A DNA stretch of 64,000 nucleotides from Balanoglossus misakiensis (GCA_040954595.2 CM082576.2:8931129-8995128), one strand, 5' to 3'; counted from the first letter of the stretch, positions 14,401-29,356 are shown. Program-made: numbers and translations. The notes: generated by a model not told the origin, from the letters alone.

Positions 14401-17400
14401 TTTCAATATTATGCATGATGGTTTAATAGCTGCTTTCATCAGATGTTACATACTTTGTTTTCCTTATTTTTCCAAGATGTTAAGAAGAAAAAAAGTTGTT
14501 GTAAAGACCTAGTACATGTATCAGAAACTGTTAAGATGGTTGAGAACAAAAAAAAAGGTTCAGTTGATTTTATGGGAGGTTTCGTTCCTTGTGATTTTAG
14601 CCCAGGGAACGTTGATTTAAGTTTTTTTTTTCTTCAAGCAGAAAAATTATTCTGATCATACAAGTTAATATTATATTCTTGGACTTCTCCTGTTACGGCA
14701 TTAAATCGACATTAAACCATATCCATGCGTACTGTGTGTTGACTTCTTTTGAGTGTGTGGTGTTTAATTTGATTTTGGAGTGTGATTGGGGCGAGAGTAT
14801 TGAGAAGAACACAAACGTGTATTACAGGTTATAAAACCCATGTACGCACACACACATTGGAACATACACACACAGACGGACAGACACACAAAAAGTACCA
14901 AAGCTGCTGATCGGGCATCAGGGAAGTTAAGGCATTGAGGCTGTGTTCCTTAACAGAGGCAGCGATTGTGATCTCAATTCTGCCGGGGCGAAATGAAAGA
15001 TTGCCGTAGATATACAGTTTAAATCACTTGCAACCGGGAGACTCCGGCAGTGAATGCTATCTCCGACGACAATCTGCATGAGACACTGCTTCTAGGCTTT
15101 GTCTGCGACTCACGCGCACAATAAAAACAGCCCCGAGCTTCTTTTCTCCCCTCTCCGCTATCCTGTCCCCTATCTTTCAATTTCCCTACAAGTAATAAAG
15201 AACATTTCTGATGCTTGGTAAACTGACACATCCATTGTCTGCCTGTCACCAGCTTTTTTTTTTTATAGTTTTCTCCGTCTCCCAAAGCAAGAAGTGTTGT
15301 GCAGTATCTATGCAGGTGAAAATTTCTTTGACAAAATTTTGTTTTTACCATAAAACGAAAAATGAAGTGGTGAAATTTCACTGCAGTGTCAACTAAAATC
15401 CCCGAAGAAATGGAAAAAAAAATCAGGAAAAAACAATCCTGTATTTTGCTTTTTGAGTGTCTCAGTACTCATTCTGTCAGCAGATGTTGCCAAGCATGAT
15501 TCAGCGTGTTTCTACGGGTGAATCACTCTGGGTGTTTCCCTCTATTGAATCATATTCAAATTTGGAAATAAAAAAAAAAATGCGACGTTGAGTGTCATCA
15601 CAGAAAAATAAAAACATCTGAAAAATACTGAGAGAGTCTTGCGCACAGAGGCCAAGCTGTGATCTATAGTCATACAAATTCTAATTCCCATTTAAATAAC
15701 AATAACGTTCCACCCCCGGATATTCTCCCCCCCCCCTCCTCCACACCCCCCGCAAGGGAGTCAGAGTGTACCTCGGCGATAACACGTCATCAGTTATTCA
15801 CTCAGAGCCTCGGAGCTTAAAAGGACATCAGCGGCGCAAAATGTCAACAGAAGTGATTTTATTTTTTCTCTCTCTTTTGTGACAGGGGGAAAAAGTAATC
15901 AATATTCTCTAGTGTTGGCGTATTATATTCTTAAGGGATAAGGTAAACATTGCGACTTTACTGCCTCAACCCCTGCAACAAAAGAACATTAATTTGGTTA
16001 AATAGATTTCCTTGAGAAAGGAGACATGTGGTATCATTTGATATGCCCCCCAACAAATACCTCTCGGCTTTATACGCGGGTTTTCTCTCCTCCCGCCTTG
16101 CTGCTCGCGTGTTTAATATAAAAAAATCTGGGACACAATCAAAGAACGGAATAAGCAGAGAGACATTATTGATATATGGCAACGTCTGTACGACAGCAGC
16201 TCATTCCAAGCGTGTGTATCCATGATTCCTCAGTAATGGCGCTTAATGAAATTCTGAAGCGTTTTGCGGGGCTAATAAAAAAAAAGATTTCGGGGTTGGA
16301 TTCCTGGCACTTTTGTGGATCGACGTGAAAGGAGTTTGCTGTTTATCCGTCTGATCATTTTTTTTTTGTTCGGCAGTAGATTACATCCATCTCGCTAGTA
16401 TGTAAACATAAATCGTTCTCAGGCCCTAGGGGTGGTTGCAGTTTCCATATCATGGAAATACGGTTTACCGCAGTGTTCTCTCCCAAGCAGATTGGTTTTA
16501 CCCAGGCTACTTGGTTGCCACGGCAGCCTTTTTACTGTGTGGGAAAAAACTCTTTGATCATCTAAATCACAATATCTCAGGATTCTCCATCGCCAGTGAC
16601 GCGATTCTTGGGAAACTGTATTTTTTTATGATGCAATTTGCACTTGGTGATTTGACTACCAGGGGGGGTCTTGGTTGCCACGGTGCTCACGTTGCCTTGA
16701 AAAAATAGAAATTTCTGCCAAAAGCAAAACGGCCTAGCTAATTAGATATAGCAGAGTATTCTGGGAAGGCAACAAATAAATTTGAGCAAAATTTATTGCA
16801 CTGTTTTTGATTTTTGTTTTTTTTCTTCCCTCTTTTTGTTAAATAATTTAAGTTCATCAAATACAGCTGTTTGCCTGTAGATTTTTATTTTTTTAAAATT
16901 AGAGTTTTTGTCTGAAAGAAAAACAACAACCATGAAATCATGAAACTAGAATCTGCTTTGAAAAGGGCAGTGAAGGAGTAATTTTGAATGACAGGAAAAT
17001 CTCTTTTATGGATTGCAGCGGAAAAACAAGTTGTAATAGCATGCTTTACATGTTGAGAAAGCTGTATATCAGAAATATCTCTTAAACGTCATCTGTACAT
17101 AATTGCGGTGGTGTAACGCACTAGTTTCTTTTCACAATATGTGTTTTCTTTGCCATGTTGCTGATTGTACCGGCCGTTTAACTCATAAAAATGTTGACAT
17201 GACAAATTCTACTTGTGTATTATTTCTTCAGGCACTTTTTTAGTGTTTTCTGTAGCAACCCAGATGTTTCTCTGATGGAATACGGGCTTTCACACGGTCT
17301 GACCAATCAGAATTGATTTTACAGTCAGTGCCGATGCCAACACGACCAATGGGCCGTTGCCATGGTGCTAATGGATCTTCTGGAAGAGAGATTCATGCAT

Positions 17401-20400
17401 TTTGAGTTTATGCTGCGTCGTATGGTGCATGCATCACATGTATAAGGTTGCTTGTGAGGTTTGCATAAGTATTTCATTAAAATCTCTGAAAAAATTACTT
17501 TTTCCATTCAAAATATTCCCATCTTTCGCAGTTTTTACAGGTGACAAAATACTGTAAACTCAAAAATGCATAATTGGAAGTCCACCAAATTTTTACACAA
17601 CCATACTAAACAGATGTTTTCAAAAAATCACTGCGTCTCAGAATTTTTAAAGCTTTATTAGAATTATGATTATGGCAATAAACAAATTAATCAGAAAAAT
17701 GACCTTTAGAAAACAAACTTTTTTGTTTAAATGACTGTTGGTTGTGCAGGGCGACAATTACACTTTTTAAAATAAACATTCCTAAATACGGTACAATGTA
17801 CCTATAAAGACAGAAAACAAACATAACTGGTTCAACAGGAATATGAAATTCATAGAAAGAGCTTTCCAATGTGTAATTTGCTATTAAAAATATGTTTCCA
17901 TGAACCTCACAAGCTACCTAATAAAATGAGCACCAAAGTAGTGGGGGGGGGGGGGGGGGGGGCATTTGAGGTGGGCTATGGCAGGTACTGACTGCCCAAG
18001 CACATCACATGTTCTTTGATATAGTTTCGATTGGGTGGCAATCGTGAGGTATAGACATGGGTCATGTTTGGGCATGTATTTTTTTAAATGGTCTACGGAG
18101 GTTAAGTCAAAAATAACTTTAAAAAAAAAACATATTAGCAGTACATATGATTTGAATGACAGTAGCAATTGTGCCCCGAACGCTGAATTTGATATCAGAC
18201 CGCCCCTATGTGTAAATGGAGTTACTTTCTCCGAATTCTATTTTATGAGTTTTTTTATTTTTTCCTGGATTATTATTTTATAGTTTGGTATATTTTATGC
18301 TCTGTACACCACAATGTGGTGTATGTGTAGAACTTTTAATAATAATAGTTTGTCGAAAAGGTCTTTGATCTTCTGCATGGGAGTTATATCATAAACCACT
18401 GCTCCTATACCTCCGTGAGAAATTGCTATTTCCATCCAGCTGTACACTGATCATCTTGTTGAATACAATGACCTGCAGTGACCTGTGCTTTAACATGTAA
18501 TATGCATCTGGCATTTAACGAACCAATAAACCTGGAAGCTTTACAGGCTACCTACAACATGTGTCACCACAGGGAAAAAAAACTTTATGTATATTAATTG
18601 TTCAAGACGCACCTACAAAAATTGAATCAGCCACGTTAGGATCTCTCCAAATAATAATCAGAAATGTATAGCATTCGCTCACAGCCAAGAAGGGACGGTA
18701 TACGTATGATGTACCAGTAATTATCACATGACTACCAGTGCGTCATCAAAAGCACACGCCCAAAAGTATCTTCATTGCAATTACAGTGTGGGCGGTGGGC
18801 AGGATTAATCTTCCAGACAACACCAATAATATGCCCTGAAACAATTTTTTTTCAACACTGAACATATGCAATATCTTGAACAGAAATTTGAAGAAAGCAT
18901 GAAAGATGCCTGTTTTTGTTTTGTCAAGGCTATTACCTGACATTGCTGATTAGTCTTTTGGACAGTTTTCCCTCAACAATTAATTTCAGCCACTTGTTTT
19001 CCCACAGGAAGAAATTAAGGTATAATCATGATTTTTGAAGCTAAAAAAAGTTGAATTTCTCTGCTAGAGATTGGCAATAAATTCCGGTGTTTACGTGACC
19101 GTCTTCCGGGATGCACTGGTGTTTAAAGTGTGTCACATCAACACAGGGAATACAATCATACAACACTGCCGAAGGAATAACTAGTACACTTTTGAGAATT
19201 ATTTCCAATGTTACAGTGTAAATACATTATTCCCTACAGCATGTTGACGCTTGACTGAAGTCTTTTCCTCACCGGTGGAGTTTATCATGTATAAACAAGT
19301 TTTAAAAATATCAATTAAAGTTCCAACTTGTGATTTAAATTCACTTTACAGCAATTGTGATATCTGCAGGCTGTTATTTGACAAATCAATAATTCCTGTA
19401 CTGGGTGTTTCAACATGCCATTTGCACTCGAGAAACAGTGGACAAATTCATTTGTATGTTTGTTATACCAAATACATGTAGTTTCTTTAAACTAATTTTT
19501 TTTTTTAAAGTACCCCGGTAATTCTTGATACTTTTTAACTGACACATATGTATACACTTCAGGAGGTCCTATGAAAAAGGACTGGAGCAGATTTTAATCA
19601 TTTCCCTTTTGTGTCTATAATTTAAAAGTCAAACCTGATCTGTGCTGATATAATTTGCGGTACAACAAAGTGGCATTGTAATCTGGGGACATGGCCATCA
19701 CACTAGACATGACAAGTGCACTGCAGTTCCGGGATATGGATCCTGCTAGCTTCCCACATTCATTTATTACAATCATTCATTTCGCCATGTGGGACACACT
19801 ACAGTAGCAATTCAGAAGCATGCCTGCATGCATGCAGCCATAACTTGAGAAGTTTACCATTACATGTAGAGCTCTCCAGACAAATGTGGGTCCCACTTGC
19901 AACACTCAAGTCCATCACCGATCGACTTGCATGCTATTATGAATCCCGTGTGAACGCATACAGCTGGCCTTACAAGGGTGCTGTCACCGATTTAATAAAT
20001 CGCCAACTTTTCCCCCTTCAAGTGACGTACTACGTCTCCACTCCCTTTTCAATTTTTATTTCAAACAAAGCTCAAATGCTTTAACTGTTAAGTCCTGAGA
20101 CTGCGACTTTTAATTTGGAGTTGGACATTGAAGCGTGATATATTTTATAAGGGCTGTTCATTTTTACTTTTTACCCACAAGGAAATTGTGAAACATGACA
20201 AGTGGACTTGAACACGTCACTTGTACAATGTCTTTGAGTGCTTTGGAGGAGGTCAACCTATACACCCATTAATTATTCCCATTCAGTGAACGTCTACATC
20301 AAGTGGGAATATATACTGCCGAGTGTTAATTTGTCAATTCATTTTGATGGCCATCCCCATGTCAGAATCAACCATGCTTGGCGTACATGTGTTAATTATT

Positions 20401-23400
20401 CTGACATTTCAGAAAGAAAAAAAAACTGGCACTGAACAGACCCAGGGTGCATTATTCCTCCACCTGGGATCTGTCTTCATTTCATAATTTTGTCTCGTTA
20501 ACTTGCCATTATTAAGGAAATTGGAATCTGTAATTATCTTCGCGGTTCTTTTAATTTCCATATTATCCAATATCTCAGCCTGTATGGGATATGTTCACTG
20601 ATAATTACAGGGGTTGGATCGGCAGAATTTTCTTTAATTAATTCGCTTATTGTCATGGAGATAGTATTTCATTCCTTGTCGTTTTGCAACAAATTAATTA
20701 TTTTTTACAACAAAGCAAAGGTGGACTTTCTACAAACTTCTCTCGAACCTTTAATTACACACAGACATACAGGGGGTGGCTTAGTCGCCAGGACGACCAG
20801 TTTTCATCCTAGACATTTGTTTCTCAGTAAACCTCACATCTCAAGACACCCCAGGTAATGTAATGCGTGTACATCTCTCATCCAAATAAAACGTGCCCTA
20901 CAAAATATTCATCTTTACACGCTCCATTTCAACTGTTTCAATATTTATGAATACACTTATTAATTTTGGCAATTGACTTAATGTTTTAATAATTACATCA
21001 CTGCGGCTGAAACGCAATGCTGCAATATGATGAATGTGAAAAGTACATGTGTTTGCACTGGAATTGGTTTATTTGGTCTTAAGAGACAGAGCACATGCGA
21101 TTCCTGATTCCTTCGTTCCCTGTCATCTTGCAGACAAATTGGAAATCTTTAAATTGTGATTCATTTCCGCTTGTCAATGCAAGTAGAATTTGACAAACAG
21201 ATTTATATGGCCATGCATGCAAACTCCTTGAAACAATGGTTTTTTTTTCTCACTTTTTCATTTAATATTACAATGCGCATCAATCGATTGTCTGAAGATC
21301 ATACAGACATGCTGATTCTTAGATTGTTAATTCTCAAAGGTATAAAGTTGCTATGTATTGTTGTTATATTGGCTGGATCAATTGAGCTCAGTGAGACCTT
21401 TAAATTTATATATATGTGGAATTTTGGGCTCTGCCCTCACCCAGGTTACTTACAGATGTCAGCTTTAATGTTTCTCAGAAGTCATTAACCCAGTTCTGTA
21501 ATGTCCACATATATGCAGTGATACAGGGCTATAATAATTCAACATATTGTTGCTATTTTGAAACCCATGTGTTTGTTCAGTAATGTTCACAATTTCCCCC
21601 CAATAGCATGTATAATCACTATCATAATTGCTGGCCAGACAAGGCAAACATTCATATTATTAAATAAATTCAAAATAATTGAATTATTAATATTCTTCTG
21701 GTGATCAATTTTCAAAGTTTGGGGAGAAAAGGATCAACAGAGTCTGATGGAGATCATTTCAAGGTTTACACAGCTGTGACACAATACGGCACAGGGCATT
21801 TCAGCAGAAATTCATAAACTTGCAAGGTGGTATGTGCCGCATTCATTACATACAGACACCGATAATAATCTGAAATCATGTGTCCCGACCGACCCAGAAG
21901 TCAACAAATATTAAATCATACTTCTCAAACCCAGGAGTTAATTTTTATCATCAACCACAAGCATTATAATTATGAAGATCACAGATTTGAGAGATTTACA
22001 GAAAAAGGTGCAAGTTATTATTCAAACGTACATCATATTTCGAATGAGTAATTAATCCTGCCATATGTTGTGTGGGAATCTTCAAACACTAAAATTGTCT
22101 TCTGTCTCTTTGCAAATTCTTTTCAAACCGTCTTTAAGCGCGAGGTCAGACTTGGTAAAGACTTAATTTGCAGCATAAGCGACATATATCACCTGATACA
22201 AAATAATCAGAATTAAATGATTGAGCTCATTTGTCACGCTGTGACCTCACTTTCATGTGACCTTTTATGTTTGTAATAAGTAAGGTCACCGTAGTCTTTT
22301 GACCTTTTGCAAAATTATCTCATTGTTTGGGGAAAAATTAAAGGACAATTGCTTGTTTGTCAAGTAATTTATTATTGGCCTACATAAAGGTGTCAACCTA
22401 AATAAGTTCTTTTTTTCATGGCCATAATTATTTTGCATTCAGGTTTGTTTACAGGAAGATACTTGTATACTTGTATCAATATTGTCTTCACAGTATACTT
22501 GTATCAATATTGTAAACTTTTTGACGAATGCTATTAAAAGCATTCCTTTGTGTCTGGTCTCTCTCCCAGAGCAGTATAGGTTTTTCTTCTGCGAACTGCT
22601 TGTGATCATGGCGACAACGCGGCAAGTCAAATTCTCTGCTAATATCCCCTATTCATTATACCCTGGAGGCGGGCACCATCATATCAACCATCAACTGACA
22701 ATTCAAAATACAAATCATCAACCGTCTGAGGAAAACCCATTTATCAAAAATGAATTCATATTTCTGTTTGATTAAACTTGACACGCAACTCGGCGGGACT
22801 CTTTGGAATCAATTTGCCTTCTTTAAAGGAGTCTGCAATTGCATCATTTTTGTGTCAATTAAATTAGCTTGTATCAATTAAGGAAAAAATTGTCCCACTT
22901 TCAGATGATGTTTGTGTGGTGTTGCCGGGCAACGTGATGACGGTGATGCTATTCCGTTCCGGTCACAAATCACTAACAAACTTGTGACTGTATCATAGTG
23001 TGTACTAAACTTTTGCATACTATAATGAGAATGCATGTTAATCATATTGGTATTATCATATTGGTATTAAAACAACTTCAAATCGGTCTTTGATTTTATT
23101 AGTTTCTGATTTTTTTTGAGTGTAGGTGTCATGAAATAAAATGGCAGACTATATGTCCAGTGCTCATCGCAGTGTTTCTCATTTTTTATTTTTCAAGGTA
23201 TATAAATATTATATTTTCAAGTCACGGTGGCCTGATACAGCCTGGGTTTGAAGCTGGCCTTTCTTTGGACAAATAAAATACAGCATTGATATAACAGCTT
23301 CTCAATTGTCTGTTATATTTGAGATTTTATGAAAGGGTTATCTCTGCCACTTGCTGACAGGATGAAGGAGGGGATAATCCGATTGTTATTATCCCACTAT

Positions 23401-26400
23401 ACCAAAACAATTACACCCCAACAATGCTCAGTGCGCGAAGGCCTGTCTTTGATATTCTGATATGACTGCCTGCATCTTTGCACAGGCTTCGTGCAGATAT
23501 TAATAACTTTTGTCTTATTTCAAGCACTGTGTGTGTCAGCTGGTTTGATTGGAAGAAAGGACTTGGACGGAAATGAACATGGTGCTCGGTTTCAGCCAGT
23601 CAGAATTTAATCCCTGCTTTGTAACAATTAATATGAAAGCCTAAAAGCTGACCTCTCTTTGTCAATATTTGTTGGTGATGTTGTCGACGTCTTTCTGCAG
23701 AATTTCCGGTTTTAAACTGAAAAACACTCCACTTCAAGAAAAGGGGATGGAGATACATCCGCTATTGATGTTAATTAAAAACACCAAAAACAAATGGATT
23801 AATTTTGGAGAAAAAAATATTGTTTATTGATTTGAAGTACAGCATATTATATCCAACACCAATGTTCGTTAATCTTACCAAGAACATTGATTTCTCGGCC
23901 AGCGTATGACATCATCGCACTCTTAAAATCTCTAAAATGAAATGAACAAACACGTCGGTGTAATTGGGTTGTTGAAACTTCTACTTCAAGCCATTATGAA
24001 TTGACGAAAAATTTGTGAAAAATCCCATAAATTCACGAAAAGTCAGTCAGGCCTCTGGGAAAATATACAAGCCAAAACAAAGGCGAGTCTCCCATATCCA
24101 AGTAACCGTACAACACACCAAGAATTTCTCCGTTTTCACCCAACGTAATTATCCTCATCTGCAGTGTACAAAGCCAGGCTTTATGCACCCTCTCAAGGCG
24201 CATTGGTTGATCATTAATCTTTCCACCTGAAATGGACTGGAAAGAAAAAATATATATATTAGCAAGTGGTGATTAATGGCAATTCTCCGGCTAAAATGCT
24301 ATCAGTCTTCAATTTAATGAAGTATGTACTTAAGTCAATCCATTCATTATCTTGAATGGTGTAACTCTGTTAGACGCATTGTCTGCCCAATATTATACCA
24401 AGGAAGTTGACTGCGTTCAATGGAGTTGGCTCCACTGCTGCAGACATGGTTTTTTTATTTTACAGCCCTGTAAAAATCCCTACCTCCTGGCGAGCGTCCC
24501 AATATCCAGAACTCCACAAGGGTGCAATCCATCACGGCAAAAATGGGACCTTATGCTTTCCAACCCAAATTGCCGGATGATATATACATTGCATGCGATA
24601 TAGGGGGAGGGCACCTTTTCAAGCAATTTCAGGGTCAAAATGTTGATGATTTAACCATTTCAAGTAATTCTATGTTTTTTAAATGAAGCTGGCTTATTGA
24701 GTTATCGCGGCGTAACCTTGGGGACCGCTGCATGGTTCTATATTTTGGTGGATTATTTTTTTTTTTTTGGAATCAGCCTGTTCTTATTGAGACAAGCAAT
24801 GATGACAAAGAGGTGATCAACCGCTGATCGACGGAGCTGATATTTGCATGACCTGCAGAGGGAAATAAAAACTGAAATGGAAACTCCCATTTCTCCAGAT
24901 GGTTCCATCCTCATCTTTGCTGGTAGGTGAAAACGCTTAATTAATGTGGTGTGGACTAGCCTGAAAAAAAAAAAATTGACAGGCTATTTCTGAAACGCAT
25001 TGTAATAAGTCGCTGCGTACTATTCCTCTGCCGGTGATGTACACTCCCAAGTATTGTTTTGCGTGGTGGGCGTATGTTTCTTTCTGAACAAACAGCCTTG
25101 ATCTGCTGGCTGGAACAGATAATGACAATTAACAAGCGCAGGAGCATATGCCGATAACCATCAGTTGGACCTGGGCGCTTGGTTAAAGATGCCTGCATTG
25201 CTCTTCTTCTCTCTCTCTCTCTGTGATCTATTAAAATCAAAGAACTGTATGCGCGGAATGATTAAAATCCCTTTGGGCTGCCACTTTATCAGCGGTCGTT
25301 AATTCAAGTTCATTCCTGGTATCAACACACTTAGCGCCCAATGGAGTGATGGTAATTATGTTAACTTTAATGAAGGCTGTCGTATGGTGGTTGGCAGATA
25401 CCTACGGCACCACTATATACTGCTATATACCGCCAACACAATGCCACTGAAAAAGCAATATCAAAAAACCCCGACAAGACAATTTGACACAGAGGTCACA
25501 GTCTCTTGAATCAAACGGTTATTTTCAACTCATGTTTTCTCACGACATTAAAAAAAAGAGTACAATACAATTGTGTATGTGTTATTGTCTGTGTGTCGAT
25601 CTGCATGGATATATGGGTTTTGTGTTATTCTGAAAATAATTGGGTCTATATTTGCTAGATACTAAAACCATAATTGCTAGACACTTACCCCAGTTTTTCC
25701 AGTACATCATATTTACCTCAGTTTTATTGTCTCTACATGCTTCTGAATAGTAATGGAAACTTTATTTTGCTTTGAAGTGGACATATTCTTGGCTTGTTTG
25801 ATTCTCACTTGCTTTTATCTTATAAAAACATTTACCCAACATCTTAAATCCTTTTAAAAACTTGGTAACTATCAGTAGTTTTTTTTGTGATGAAGATTTT
25901 GCAATTTTAGCATAAATATTTGATTGAATTAAGTTACTGCTATTTCATTGGGGAAGAGAGCTTATTAATTATTCAGGACTAAAGAGCTGCCCACCACAGT
26001 CTTTTTTCAGTTCAAAAGATGATAGATATTAACCAATCTTCTGTTTCACACATAATGTTAACCCACTATACTGTCACTTGAAATTTGTCAGTTTTTTTTT
26101 TTTTTTGGCTTGTCCCGGGATCTGATTACGGCGCTTATGAAAATTGTCCACCTTGCTGTGTTTGTAAATTGAATTTTGCAGTCAGTCCGCCCTTACGTGG
26201 CTGCCATCCCGAGCTCTCATCTGGAATGATGGATGACTATTTAAAGTCGCTGCCCTGTGTAAGAAGATACACCGGGCCTTATGCAGCCAACAATAGCGCT
26301 ATTGTGTCGGGCGAGTGTGGCGCTTGTGAAATATATCCACGCAATTAATGCAAATAGAATTTCTGTTCGACAAGTACACAAGTGTGCGTGTATACTCTGG

Positions 26401-29286
26401 GATGTAATTCCATTCTTGGCTTTATTGTTTGTCCACTCTGATCGACATCTCCCTCTGCAGTCGATCTGCATTTGACTGCAGCTGAGCTGTCACCCCCCAC
26501 ATCCCTAGTGTCATGGACCCAGCTGCGCTGTTGGAAACTATAGGGGTTGTACCATTCGCACACAACAGCAGTGGTCAAAGGGGTGATGATCAGTATTAAA
26601 ATGAAAGAATAATTGTTATTGTCCCCTCCTTGTGATGTGATCTCATCTTCTCTGTGGACTGAATTTCCACAAAAAAAGAGAAATGCTTCATCAATAACTG
26701 TGATTTGCGAGACTTTTGTTGCAAGTTGAAACTATATCTATTTCTATAAACACTGAAGTACTACACCAGGCATCTCAGCAATGCAATATGTTTCCTTTGC
26801 AAAAACTTAATTCTGAACTTCCTTCAACTGAACTCTTCCGGAAATATTGGAATTTTCCTGGCAATTTTCCATGCGGAAACTTCTGCATCAGGGATTAAAC
26901 ACATGAACAAACTAAATGGAAACGGCCACAGTGTAAACTCTTCAGTTTGTGGTAGTTCCACGCAACCATTTCTGAAAACGTCGACTTTATTGTCTGCTCT
27001 GATTAACTTCTTCAAAACACAGAATTTTAGATGTTATACTTCTCTCGCATTTCTTCCGTGGGAAGTAATGTCAGGGCTGAGGATTTTTCTTTACAAAACA
27101 TTTTCTTATCAATGCTTGATCAGTTACATTTCATTGAGCGGGGCAAGAATAGACAAATATTAAAAAAATTCCCCAGATCCAATGAATAAATCAACGTAGC
27201 ACTGTCACAAAACAATTTACAGTTACCTAACTGACGATCGATCTTCTGTCAGTTCAGGAATTCAAAGCAGAACTAAAGAAAAGAAAGAGAGACAGACACA
27301 TAAATTTTTTCTTCTTTTGTTCAAGATTGCTTGTTTTAATCATCAAAGAGATATGATTATGTAAGTCTACAGTGATCACATTCTCAGGATGAATTAAAGT
27401 AGTTCTTGGCAACCATTCATTGAAAATATATGCATTCAAAGGGGATTATATAAAAAAACATTTAGAGCACTTTTGAAATATCAAGCTCAGAAATATACAT
27501 GCATAATAGCAATTTATAATGTAACCCCCATAAAAATAATGCACAATTTTTAAGCTGTCTAAGGCTTTTCAAAGTGTTACAGAACCATTTAAGGGCACTT
27601 CTTAAAAGAGAAATCTTGCTTGGTTTTCTTATGCTTGCAAAGGAAGAAGCCCAGAAATAATTAATATAACAGTCAGTAATAATCAGCCATGCCTTTCCAT
27701 CATCATAACTATATATGATTTACAAGTGTTACGTTGAAAGAGGAACAAGATCTGGAAAAAAGGGTGGGTCGTATTATGTTCCATTTATAGCAATTTATAG
27801 CATCCATGATGACAACAGCCATACCAATTTCCCCCTTTTCTTAATGCGGCTGAATTTTGCATGGGGTCACATGGTGAGGAGCAAATACATTAACTGCACG
27901 TGGGTGTCGTTAAATTTCTGCAAAACTCCCAAGCGCCATCTGTGCGTGCTGTAAAAAACGATTCTAATCCGTAATAAAGAGTGCTTGATCAGCCGTTGGG
28001 GTGGATGGACTAAAAATAATTCTGATCCTATCTATAATATCAGCATTCTCCTTGTTGTGGACAATCTACATGTGTTTGAGTAACAGAAACAAAAAGAGGA
28101 TGAAATGATGGACATTTCAACAAAAGTGACTATCATAGTTTCATGAGAAGAACTCTACTAATAAAATGTAAACCCAAGTTCAACTTTTTTTGACAAGCAA
28201 AAGGTCAAAACTCCTTTCTATGACACCATCTTGGATCACAGCTATTATAATTACACCATAACAAACATGAAATTTGGAGAAAACTATTTTAACTATTTGG
28301 CAAAATGCGAAGCCCTGCTTGCTATAATTGAAGAAGAGTTTGTAAAAGGTGATGTAATCATATAATTTATAAAAATCTGAACGTAAACATGAATAATGGA
28401 GAAAAAAGGTAAAACATATCACTTGCAAATTAATCAAAATATTGCACAAAAGATTAAAAATAACTTACTCACTTCATAATTTAAAATATTGTGTAAAAAA
28501 AAAATAATGGACTCACTTTACAATCTATTTTTTTGAGAAAAGTGCAAACAAAATTATCAACTTGCTCCCTCCAATATTCGGCCACTTTGACCGAAACACA
28601 CAATATTGCAAAGATGCAATATAATTGATCCGTGACATTTATTGTAATGATTTAGTAATAATTCAGTGGAAGCAGATTGATTCAATAAAACAAAATTTAT
28701 GACAAATCACACATCAGGTCAGCTGTTACACTCCTCAAATTGAGGAGTCTGTATTGTCTGCCACCCCAAATTAGGTTGTATGTAAGCCCATATGTGATTG
28801 GCCATTTATAGCTATTTTTATCTCGTTTTGTACAAACTTTTAGCAACACTGCAATTTGTTTAAAAGTAGGCCTGGCAATGGACCCCTTAGGCAGCAATGT
28901 TAAAACGGACAAATTGCACCTTGTGCACGTATCACAGGTGTACTATTTGTGTGTTTATACATGTACCACTCCATGACTGTATGATTATATATATTCCCAT
29001 CATTACCAGTTCGTACAGTTACCAGTAGTTCTATAAATTTCAAATGTAAACAATAACACTGCTGGTTATAGGTCTACTGGCAGTGATTAAGCTCAACACT
29101 GGGCATGTCCTAAGGGCCGGTGTGAACAAATTAAATGTGGATATCCCTGGGACCTATTGTCTGCTCGCGTGGGTTGTCCAGAAAGAGACATTGGCGAAGA
29201 TGCTTATCACTGCATAGTCCAGCACACACCTACACACCGCTGTGGGTGGGGCAGTTCTGAAGTGTTTGCAATGTAACATTACATTT

Positions 29287-29356
29287 ATTCATTCATTCAT
29301 TTCATTCATTCATTCATTCATTCATTCATTCATTCATTCATTCATTCATTCATTCA
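29287..29356. repeat. (ATTC)n tetranucleotide microsatellite
   Basis: About 17 near-perfect units with one interruption. Confidence 0.95.

Noticed and set aside
22465-23068. Short direct duplications (GTATACTTGTATCAATATTGT x2; ATCATATTGGTATT x2) as a CRISPR-like or regulatory array
   Set aside because: Only two copies each, consistent with slippage; the sequence is eukaryotic with no repeat-spacer array or cas genes.
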